Below the pieces are notes generated by a model. That model was given only the letters and a program-made list of their open reading frames with translations. It made no database searches and had not been told where the DNA came from. A DNA stretch of 55,299 nucleotides, taken from the NCBI GenBank assembly GCA_041577695.1, contig JBFGIM010000002.1, positions 1 to 55,299 of the forward strand, read 5' to 3'. Source of the stretch: Myxococcota bacterium. Its GTDB lineage: Bacteria; Myxococcota_A; UBA9160; PR03. The translations under genes were made by a program, and so were the position numbers. Shown in pieces: positions 1 to 7,584 of the stretch (position 1 is the first letter of the stretch; every line of letters begins with the position of its first letter).

Positions 1-31
1 CGGGCGGAACCCGGGGCGCCAGGGCGCGCCA

Positions 32-511
32 CTAGTCCACCATGCGCAGGCCGTCCATCAGCACCTGCTCGGCGCCGAGCAGGGTGTCGGGCTCGCGGTC
101 GTGGCGGATCGACTCCGAGACGAAGCGGAACGAGCCGTCGACCCAGCACAACAGCTCGAAGATCGTCTCGCGGGTGAGCAGGTCCTCGAGCTGTCGCAGC
201 TCCTCGCGCGGGAGGCTGCCGCTGGCCACCAGGGCAGCGGCCAGCGAGGTCCCCTCGCCGCGTTCGCGCTCCACGGTGGCGAGCTGATCCTGGGTCAGCA
301 GCCCACAGCGCACGGTCATGTCGCCCAGCGCCGCCTCGGACTTCGCCCGCACCGGCGCGGCGTCGACGATGCGCCCCTCGTCGAAGCGCAGCTCCATCTC
401 CTCGTGCTTGGCCTCGACCCTCAACACGCCGGTCTTGCGCTGCTGCCCGATCAGCTGGAAGACCTCGCCGATGCCGAAGTCGCCCAGATTTCCGTTGAGT
501 GCAATCGACAT
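32..511 (-). CDS. PATAN/DUF4388-domain protein (159 aa)
   Basis: Distal part of ORF 32..1885. The internal ATG at 511 gives MSIALNGNLGDFGIGEVFQLIGQQRKTGVLRVE..., the N-terminal signature I associate with PatA-N-terminal (PATAN/DUF4388) domains. GC3 is high. The start lies 2 nt after the upstream stop (514-516). Confidence 0.8.
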   Translation of the reverse strand: MSIALNGNLGDFGIGEVFQLIGQQRKTGVLRVEAKHEEMELRFDEGRIVDAAPVRAKSEAALGDMTVRCGLLTQDQLATVERERGEGTSLAAALVASGSLPREELRQLEDLLTRETIFELLCWVDGSFRFVSESIRHDREPDTLLGAEQVLMDGLRMVD

Positions 512-513
512 GC

Positions 514-2325
514 TCACCTCGCCCGGCGCAGCACGGCTGCCAGGAGGACGTGGAGGAGGGCCAGCGCCAGCGCCAGGCCGATGAAGGCCGCGGGACCGGC
601 CGCGCCGGCCGCCAGCGGGTCCGGCACCACCGCGTCGTGGCCCAACGCCAACAGCACGGCGCCGACCGCGGCCAGCAGGGCCAGCAGCCCGAGCTCGGGC
701 CGCACGCCCCGCGAGACCACGCCGGGCAGCAGCCATGCGATCGGCTGCGAGGCTCGCACGAGGCTGCGGCGCAGCTTCCAGACGGCGGCGGCCGCGCCCG
801 TGGGCCGCTCGGCGTGGGGACCGCATGCGGCGCACAGCACATCGCCGCTGCGGGCATCTTGACAGCGTTCGCAGATACGACCCCCGCACAGCGCACAGCC
901 GCGCGACGGCTCGAAACGAGCGCCGAACACCGCGGCGAGAGCTCCCGCCAGCGCGAACAGTCCTGCCGCCAGCAGCGGTTCGCGTCCCAGGATTCCCGGT
1001 GCGACGTGGGCGCGCAGCATCGCGCCCATGTCCGGAGGGCGGTCGGGCTCCATTCGCGCGCGGATCATCCGACCAGGAAGCGGCAGGTTGGCGACCCCCG
1101 AGCCGAGGCGGGCAAGTCGAGCGGTGAGCTCGCGGACTCGCGCCTCGTCGAGCGACTGCGCCATTTCGAGCGCGTCCTGGTGCTCGCTCGTGCGGAACTT
1201 GGCGGCGTAGGCCTGGGAGAGGTTGAACCAGACCACGGCCGATGCGTTGCTCTTCGTGGCCTGCTGGTACAGGGAGATGGCCTCGGCATCGAGCCCGAGC
1301 GCCAGCTTCACGTTGGCCGCATCGTTCAGCAGGCTTGCATCGATCTGATCTTCCGCGATCAGCGCCGCATAGAGCGTGTCGGCCAGCTCGAGCTGGCCGC
1401 TTCGGTGTGCGCGCCGCGCCAGCGCCCGCCGTCCCAGCGGATCCTCCGCCGCCAGCGCGTCGATGCGGGCGGCCGCCACCGGATCCAGCGCCCCGCGCTC
1501 GGCCCGCCACACGGCGTCGGCCAGCGGGTCCGCGTCCAGGGCGCCGAGCCGGACGCCGCTCCAGTGGGCCAGGGGATAGAGCGAAGCCAGCAGCAGCAGG
1601 GCGGCGACGAAGCCCGCGCGGCGCTCGCCGGCGCTGCCGTAGCAGATCGTCAGGGCGAACAGCAGCAGCGCGAAGCCGAGCACACCCTCGCCCAGCAGCC
1701 ACGGGATGCCGAGCAGCGCCGCCATCCAGGCCACGCGGCCGTAGCCCGGTGTGGCGCCCGGAAGCAGATCGCCCAGGTCGTGGGTCGCAGCGGGAAGTGC
1801 GCCCAGCGCCCGGAAGCCGAGGAAGAGCAGGCTCGCCACCACGAGGGAGAGCACGGCGAGCCAGCTGAGGGTGGCCGTCGCCCACGCCGACGCCTCCAGA
1901 TGCTGGGTCAACGCGACGAGAGAGCGCAGCCCGGCGCGCGCGGCGCCGGCCCAGTCACCGGAGTCGGCGCGCGCAGCGGCGAGCTGGGCCTGCGCCAGCG
2001 GCAGGTCGGGCGCCAGCTGGGCGGCCGCCTCGGCGCGCTCCACCGGGGTGACGCCGCCGGCTTCGAGCCGGAGCACGGCGCGCGCAAGGGTGTCGAGCGC
2101 CGCGAGATCCTGCTGGTGGGCGGCGCGGGTCGCCTGCTCCACACGCACCGCCAGGGACTGCCCGGGGGCTCGCCAGGCCTGCATCACCCGGTCCTGGCTG
2201 GCGGGCAGGACTTCGAGAGCCCCGTTCCCCGAGGGGGCTACCGCGGCTTCCCCTGCGATGGCGGGCGCCACGCCCAGGGCGAGGGCTCCCAGCAGCACGA
2301 AGGCCGCGATTCGCACCAGACTCAT
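514..2325 (-). CDS. polytopic membrane protein with signal peptide, TPR-like helical segment and embedded Cys-rich zinc-ribbon-like motif (603 aa)
   Basis: ATG at 2325 inside ORF 514..2529 gives MSLVRIAAFVLLGALALGVAPAIAG (signal peptide). There are several long hydrophobic helices. It has a helical repeat stretch (LADTLYAALIAEDQIDASLLNDAANVKLALGLDAEAISLYQQA...) and a Cys cluster CALCGGRICERCQDARSGDVLCAAC. Confidence 0.7.
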   Translation of the reverse strand: MSLVRIAAFVLLGALALGVAPAIAGEAAVAPSGNGALEVLPASQDRVMQAWRAPGQSLAVRVEQATRAAHQQDLAALDTLARAVLRLEAGGVTPVERAEAAAQLAPDLPLAQAQLAAARADSGDWAGAARAGLRSLVALTQHLEASAWATATLSWLAVLSLVVASLLFLGFRALGALPAATHDLGDLLPGATPGYGRVAWMAALLGIPWLLGEGVLGFALLLFALTICYGSAGERRAGFVAALLLLASLYPLAHWSGVRLGALDADPLADAVWRAERGALDPVAAARIDALAAEDPLGRRALARRAHRSGQLELADTLYAALIAEDQIDASLLNDAANVKLALGLDAEAISLYQQATKSNASAVVWFNLSQAYAAKFRTSEHQDALEMAQSLDEARVRELTARLARLGSGVANLPLPGRMIRARMEPDRPPDMGAMLRAHVAPGILGREPLLAAGLFALAGALAAVFGARFEPSRGCALCGGRICERCQDARSGDVLCAACGPHAERPTGAAAAVWKLRRSLVRASQPIAWLLPGVVSRGVRPELGLLALLAAVGAVLLALGHDAVVPDPLAAGAAGPAAFIGLALALALLHVLLAAVLRRAR

Positions 2326-2499
2326 CGGGCCTGACGGGCTCAAACGCTCCCCTCCAGCGACACGCATCCCCAGGGCGTATCGGACAACACCGCGAGGCGA
2401 TTGAGGCCAGAGCCGCCGTGGCGGGTCCTGCCCGCCGCCACTATGTTCCGCCCCTCTCCAGCGCCCCCGAGTGGCGCCGGACGCCGTCGAGGAGCCCGC

Positions 2500-2763
2500 T
2501 TGGCCAACCACAAGTCCGCCATCAAGCAAGCCCGTCAGGACCTGAAGCGGCGCGAGCGCAACCGCGGGGTCAAGAGCCGCGTCCGATCGCTGGTGAAGGC
2601 GCTCCGCCAGGACCTGGCGGAGGACAAGGCTGAGCCGGAGCAGGCACGCGACGTCGAGAAGGCGCTGCGCAAGGCGGCGAGCAAGGGCGTCATCCCCAAG
2701 CGGCGCGCCAGCCGTCAGGTGTCGCGCTTGGCGCGGCAGGTCGCCAAGAACGCCAAGGGCTAG
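2500..2763 (+). CDS. rpsT: 30S ribosomal protein S20
   Basis: In-frame TTG at 2500 inside ORF 2401..2763 gives (M)ANHKSAIKQARQDLKRRERNRGVKSRVRS..., the canonical S20 N-terminus. Length 87 aa. Confidence 0.9.
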   Translation: MANHKSAIKQARQDLKRRERNRGVKSRVRSLVKALRQDLAEDKAEPEQARDVEKALRKAASKGVIPKRRASRQVSRLARQVAKNAKG

Positions 2764-3740
2764 GCCGAGAGGCCGATCACCAATCTCTCCAGGGCCAACG
2801 TGGACGGCACTGCGCCCTGCCCCTTCAACAGTTCGTCGGTTTCGTGGATGGCGCCGAGGCAGCGCTCCAGTCGCGGCGGCGTGTAGCGTTGGGCCTGGCT
2901 GCGCAGCTTGCGGACCACGAAGGGCGGACCCGCGGCGGCTTCGCCGTGGCGCAGGCGCAACAGCTTGCGGAAGTGCGCTGCCAGGGAACCGAGCAGCACG
3001 GGCGCGGGCGCGCCGGCGTGCAGCAGCTTGTCGAGCACGGCCAGGGCCTCGCCGCTACGGCCGGCGCCGATCGCGTCGGTGAGGTCCCAGATCGGCTCCT
3101 CGGCCACGTCTGCCACCGCGGCACGTACGTGTGCCGCAGTTGCACGGGCCTCGGTTCCCGCCAGCAGCGCGATCTTCTCCAGCTCGCGGCGCAGCAGCAT
3201 CAGCTGGGGCCCCACGCGCTCCACCAGCGCCTCGACCGCATCCGCTTCGATGGCCAGGCCCTGGCGGGCGGCCTCTCCGCGCACGAACGCGCTCAGGTCG
3301 CGAGCCCGCGGCGGCTCGCACAGCACCAGCGCGGCCGGATCGCGGAAGGCCTTCACCCAGGCCAGCCGTCGATCGAGTGCACCTGCACTGACCACCAACA
3401 CCGTCTCCGCCGCCGGGTCGAGGGCGGCCACGACCTCCGGCAGGGCCGTGGTCGTCGTCTTCCACGCGGCGCGCCCGACGTTGCCCACGGGCTCGCGCAG
3501 CAACACCAGCCGGCGCCGGGCCATGACCGGGAGTGTCCGCAGCGCGTCGCGCAGCGCACCCGGTGTGGTGGCCTCGCCCTCGAGACGATCGAAGTTGAAG
3601 TCCGCGGGACCGCCGGCCAGCACGGCGTCTCGCAGGGCCGCCAGGGCGTCGTCTCGCAGCAGCGCCTCGGTGCCTGCCACCAGATAGGCGGGCCGCAGCT
3701 CGCCGCGCTCCAGCTCGCTGCGCAGCTCGTCCGGGTTCAC
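2760..3740 (-). CDS. holA: DNA polymerase III delta subunit
   Basis: 326-aa ORF. N-terminus ...LRPAYLVAGTEALLRDDALAALRD... and overall length fit HolA. The GTG start at 3740 overlaps the stop of the upstream lptE-like gene (GTGA). lptE-holA is the usual synteny. Confidence 0.85.
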   Translation of the reverse strand: MNPDELRSELERGELRPAYLVAGTEALLRDDALAALRDAVLAGGPADFNFDRLEGEATTPGALRDALRTLPVMARRRLVLLREPVGNVGRAAWKTTTTALPEVVAALDPAAETVLVVSAGALDRRLAWVKAFRDPAALVLCEPPRARDLSAFVRGEAARQGLAIEADAVEALVERVGPQLMLLRRELEKIALLAGTEARATAAHVRAAVADVAEEPIWDLTDAIGAGRSGEALAVLDKLLHAGAPAPVLLGSLAAHFRKLLRLRHGEAAAGPPFVVRKLRSQAQRYTPPRLERCLGAIHETDELLKGQGAVPSTLALERLVIGLSA

Positions 3741-4312
3741 CGGCGCAGCTGCTCGGCCAGCGACTCGTGCACCCGCTGAGCGAGCACGTCGGCCAGGCGG
3801 CGCACCGCCTCGCTGCGGTTCTTGCGGGCCGCTTCGACGTCGGGGCTGGTGAGGTAGAGCTCCCAGGCCCGGGTCTGGCCCGCGGGGAGCGCCAGCGTGG
3901 TGCCGTCGCGGCGGCGGGCCGTCAGCTCGAGTTTGAGCTCCAGCTCGTACTCCAGCACCAACGAGGCAGACGATACGCTGCCGCGGCGCAGCCCGAGCGG
4001 CAACACGATGCCGGAGATGAAGAGGTCGGCCGCCGCCGGGTCATCGGTCAGCCGGACGCCGCCGTGGCGAACGAACTCGCGGGCCAGCGCGTCGGTGACG
4101 ACCACCTCGACGCCCGGCTCGTAGGAATCGTTGCGCAGCGTCTGGATCGCCACGTGGCCGACGCCGCCGAGCGATTCGTCGAAGCGCACCCACCGATAGC
4201 CGCAGCCGGCGCCGAGCAGACCCGCGACCAGGACGGCCACGATCCAGGCGCAGGGCCTCCGCCGCGCGATGCGCCCGCGCAGCCGCGCGCCACCGTGTTC
4301 CCCGGCCGTCAT
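3737..4312 (-). CDS. lptE: LptE-like outer-membrane lipoprotein (191 aa)
   Basis: ATG at 4312 in the tail of ORF 3737..6007. Lipobox LLGAGC followed by GYRW. Size and position immediately upstream of holA match lptE. The family call rests mostly on synteny. Confidence 0.6.
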   Translation of the reverse strand: MTAGEHGGARLRGRIARRRPCAWIVAVLVAGLLGAGCGYRWVRFDESLGGVGHVAIQTLRNDSYEPGVEVVVTDALAREFVRHGGVRLTDDPAAADLFISGIVLPLGLRRGSVSSASLVLEYELELKLELTARRRDGTTLALPAGQTRAWELYLTSPDVEAARKNRSEAVRRLADVLAQRVHESLAEQLRR

Positions 4313-4374
4313 GGCGGGGAGGGATAGCAAAGCCGCGGGCAAGAAGCTGAACGCGCGGGGTGATTCCCTGGGGA

Positions 4375-4752
4375 CTATTCGAGCTTCAAGAGGCTCCGGA
4401 CCAGCCGCAACAGCTGGTTGGCCTGGACCGGCTTGGTGACGTACTCGTTGGCCCCGAGAGCCATGGCCCGCTCGCGGTCCTCCTGGCCGCCCTCGGTCGT
4501 GATCACCACGATGGGCATGTCCTGGAGACTCTCCTCTTCCCGGATCAGCCGGATCAGCTTGAGCCCGTCCATCACCGGCATGTTGATGTCGATCAGCGCC
4601 AGGTCGAAGGGGTCGCTGGAGAGCTTGCGCAAGCCGTCCATGCCGTCCTGCGCCTCGACCAGGTCGACGTCCTTGAGACGTTTGAGCGTGAAGACCAGCA
4701 ACTGCCGCATGGTCGGACTGTCTTCGGTGATCAGGATGCGATGCCGAGCCAT
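4375..4752 (-). CDS. single-domain CheY-like response regulator
   Basis: ATG at 4752 preceded by GGGGGAGTGAGG. Receiver motifs are present: ILITEDS, DLALIDINMPVMDG, PIVVITTEG, YVTKP. Confidence 0.9.
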   Translation of the reverse strand: MARHRILITEDSPTMRQLLVFTLKRLKDVDLVEAQDGMDGLRKLSSDPFDLALIDINMPVMDGLKLIRLIREEESLQDMPIVVITTEGGQEDRERAMALGANEYVTKPVQANQLLRLVRSLLKLE

Positions 4753-4791
4753 CCTCACTCCCCCCTGCGCCGGCGCGCCGGCGAAGCGCGT

Positions 4792-5589
4792 TCAGTCGGT
4801 GAGCAGTTCCAGGAAGCCGCGGATCGTCTGGAGCTTCCGCGCCGATTGCGAATAGAGCTGGGCTGCGAACATGGCGGTCGCCGCATGGGCGGCGAGCATG
4901 GTGAAGAGCTCGTAGTCCAGCGCGCTGAAGCCCTCTTTCTGCTGCAACAGCTTCTCGATCGAGATCGCGCCGATCGGCCGATCCTGCACCCGCAGCGGGA
5001 TGCAGACCAACGGGCCCACCCCCTCTGCCTCGGCACAGTGGATCTCTCCGGAAGCCACGGCGGACCCGATCGGGCCCTCGCCCAACGGCACCTCGCCGAA
5101 GCTCTCGAGGTCGGCTCCCTCCGCTGCGACGGGAGCGAGCATCCCGCTGTTCTCGTCGAGGGCGAAGATGGCGAAGACCTCGGCGCCGATCAGGTTGATC
5201 ACGATCTCCACCACGATCGTCAGCACCTCGGCCAGGTCGAGGGTGGAATGCAGCTGGTAGCTCGCAACGTAGAGATTGACCAGCTGGTTGTTCTCGTCTT
5301 CCACCTCGAGATAGCGCCGGGCGAAGTTGTCGTTCTCCGCCTCGGCCAGCTCCAGTCGCGTGAGCGCCTCGCGGCGCTCGCGCTCGAGGCCCTCGACGCG
5401 CGAGACCAGCTCGCTGCGCAGCCTCTCCCAGCCGGCATCCTCGGACGTCGCCGACTCGAGTGTCTCGAGCTCGGCGACCTTGCGGCGCAAGCGCTCGTTC
5501 TCGCCGAGCAGCTCGCGGGTGAACTCCGCGCCGCGTCGGAACAGCCCGAGGACGTCCTCCGCGCGCGAGAAGAGCTCGCGTTCCTTCAT
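4792..5589 (-). CDS. coiled-coil + GAF-domain protein (265 aa)
   Basis: ATG at 5589 overlaps the cheB stop (ATGA). The N-terminal heptad-rich stretch (ENERLRRKVAELETLE...RVEGLERERREALTRLELAEAEN) is followed by a GAF-like core (LAEVLTIVVEIVINLIGAEVFAIFALDENSGMLAPVAAEG...PIGAISIEKLL). Confidence 0.8.
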   Translation of the reverse strand: MKERELFSRAEDVLGLFRRGAEFTRELLGENERLRRKVAELETLESATSEDAGWERLRSELVSRVEGLERERREALTRLELAEAENDNFARRYLEVEDENNQLVNLYVASYQLHSTLDLAEVLTIVVEIVINLIGAEVFAIFALDENSGMLAPVAAEGADLESFGEVPLGEGPIGSAVASGEIHCAEAEGVGPLVCIPLRVQDRPIGAISIEKLLQQKEGFSALDYELFTMLAAHAATAMFAAQLYSQSARKLQTIRGFLELLTD

Positions 5590-6671
5590 GTCCGTACTCC
5601 CATGCCGGCGCCCGATCCGAGGTCTGCGGCCAGCGCATCGCGAATCGCTCCGGCGATGCTCCACAGCGGGAGCACCGCATCCACCATTCCGGTGCGCACG
5701 GCCTGGTCGGGCATCCCGAATACCACGGCGGTCTCCTCCGATTCGGCCAGCACGGCACCACCGGCGGCCTTGATCGCGGTCGCGCCGGCGCGCCCATCGT
5801 CGCCCATGCCGGTGAGCACCACGCCCAGCAGGTCCTCTCCCACGTGTTTGGCCGCCGACTCGAAGAGCCTGTCCACAGAGGGCGCGTAGCGGTCCGCACC
5901 GCTTGCCGGACAGACTCGCAACGCGGTGCGACCCGCGCGGCGCTCGAACTCGAGATGGCAGCCGCCGGGCGCCACCAGCACCACCCCCGGCTCGCAGACG
6001 TCGCCACTCTGGGCCTCCCGCGCGTCGAAGAGGGTCAGGCGATCGAGGCGCTCCGCGAAACCCTCGGTGAAGCCGGCGGGCATGTGCTGGGCCACGACGA
6101 CCGACAGCTCCGGCCGCTCGACGAAGCCGCCCAGCACGCGCATCAACGCCGTCGGCCCCCCGGTCGATGCGCCGAAGACCGCCACCCGCGGCGCGCGCCG
6201 CAGCGGTGAAACCCCGCGCGGAGCCTGGGGCGCCGCTTCGAGGCCCTCGCGCACCTTCTGGATGCGGAGCTGGCGGATGGCGTGGACTTTGCGCAGCAGC
6301 GACTGCTCGATCTGTTCGAGCTCGGGCGTCGCGCGCGGTGTCGGCTTCGCAACGAAGTCGACAGCGCCGAAATCGAGCGCGCGGAACAGGTCCTGGTCGT
6401 CACAGCGGGCGCTGATCACGATCACCGGCGTGGGCAGGCGGCTCATCACCAGCCGCAGGAAGGTGAAGCCGTCCATGCGCGGCATCTCGAGATCGAGCGT
6501 GATCAGGTCGGGTCGCAGCTCCATCACCTTGCGCAGCGCTTCCTGACCGTCGCCGGCGTTGCCGATCACCTCGACCAGTGGCGACCGCTGCAGCATGCGG
6601 GTGATGGCGCGGCGGCTGAACGGCGAGTCGTCCACGACGAAGGCCCGGATCGGCGTTCGCACGCTCGTCAC
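5586..6671 (-). CDS. cheB: chemotaxis response regulator protein-glutamate methylesterase
   Basis: GTG at 6671 overlaps the cheR stop (GTGA). Receiver motifs (AFVVDDS, DLITLDLEMPRMDG) are followed by the methylesterase domain (VFGASTGGP, AQHMPAGFT, VVLTGMGDDG). Confidence 0.9.
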   Translation of the reverse strand: MTSVRTPIRAFVVDDSPFSRRAITRMLQRSPLVEVIGNAGDGQEALRKVMELRPDLITLDLEMPRMDGFTFLRLVMSRLPTPVIVISARCDDQDLFRALDFGAVDFVAKPTPRATPELEQIEQSLLRKVHAIRQLRIQKVREGLEAAPQAPRGVSPLRRAPRVAVFGASTGGPTALMRVLGGFVERPELSVVVAQHMPAGFTEGFAERLDRLTLFDAREAQSGDVCEPGVVLVAPGGCHLEFERRAGRTALRVCPASGADRYAPSVDRLFESAAKHVGEDLLGVVLTGMGDDGRAGATAIKAAGGAVLAESEETAVVFGMPDQAVRTGMVDAVLPLWSIAGAIRDALAADLGSGAGMGVRT

Positions 6672-7576
6672 CAGTCCGGCTCCTCGTCCAGCGCCTCCAC
6701 CGCCTGGCGGGCGGCGCGCTGCCATGCCGACTCCTCGGGCGGCCGGTGGTAGACCATGTCGTTCTCGAGGTGGCGCAGTTCGAAATCGCGCGACAGCTGG
6801 ATGAGCGACTCGGAGTGACCCAGCAGCAGGTAGCCGCCCGGGCGCAGCTTCTCGTGGAAGAGGCGCACCGCGCGACGCTTGACCTCCAGGTCGAAGTAGA
6901 TCAGCACGTTCCGGCACAACACGACGTCGATCGCGCCGAGCAGGCCGGTGCGTTCGGTGTCGAGCAGGTTCAGGTGGGCGAAGTGAACGTGCTTGCGGAC
7001 CTCGTCTGAAATGCGGTGTAGACCGTCCATCGGCTCGAAGTAGCGCCCGATGATCGATGGCTCGGTTTCGCGGAACGAAGCGTCGCGGTAGAGACCCCGG
7101 CGCGCCTTGCGCAGCATCGGCCTCGAGATGTCCGAGGCGTAGACGCGGAAGTCGCGGCCTGGCTCCAGGCCGGCTTCGAGCCCGAGCATCACGACGGAGT
7201 ACGGCTCCTCCCCGCTCGAGCAACCGGCCGACCAGATCGAGACCGGCCGGTCCTGCCCGTCGGGCTCGGCGCGCAAGGCGGGGATGACCTCGTCGATCAG
7301 CGCGCGCAGCTGCTTTCGCTCGCGCAGGAAGTAGGTCTCGTTGGTGGTCAGGACGTCGATCGCCCAGCCCATCTCACCGTCGCCGGATTCGTCACGCCTC
7401 AGCAGGTAGTGATAGGCCGTGAAGCTCGGCAGGGAGAGCTCCGTCACCCTGCGCGCCAGGCGCCGCTCGACCAGGTAGCGCGACTCCGGGCCGAAGTGCA
7501 GTCCGCAGCGTCGGCGCACCAGGTCACCGATCATGCGAAACTCAGCGTCGGTCATGCGGACGTCGCCGTTCCCCAT
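6668..7576 (-). CDS. cheR: chemotaxis protein methyltransferase
   Basis: ATG at 7576, 8 nt after the upstream stop. CheR motifs are present: LTTNETYFLRE, IWSAGCSSGEEPYS, VLCRNVLIYFD. Confidence 0.9.
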   Translation of the reverse strand: MGNGDVRMTDAEFRMIGDLVRRRCGLHFGPESRYLVERRLARRVTELSLPSFTAYHYLLRRDESGDGEMGWAIDVLTTNETYFLRERKQLRALIDEVIPALRAEPDGQDRPVSIWSAGCSSGEEPYSVVMLGLEAGLEPGRDFRVYASDISRPMLRKARRGLYRDASFRETEPSIIGRYFEPMDGLHRISDEVRKHVHFAHLNLLDTERTGLLGAIDVVLCRNVLIYFDLEVKRRAVRLFHEKLRPGGYLLLGHSESLIQLSRDFELRHLENDMVYHRPPEESAWQRAARQAVEALDEEPDW

Positions 7577-7584
7577 GGCGCCGC

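Noticed and set aside
4355-4372. The motif GATTCCCTGGGG here resembles GATTCCCCTGGGG (reverse complement of 40297-40309), suggesting a shared regulatory site.
   Set aside because: It is a 12-nt near-match in opposite orientations relative to the local genes. In GC-rich DNA it is most likely coincidence without genome-wide enrichment data.
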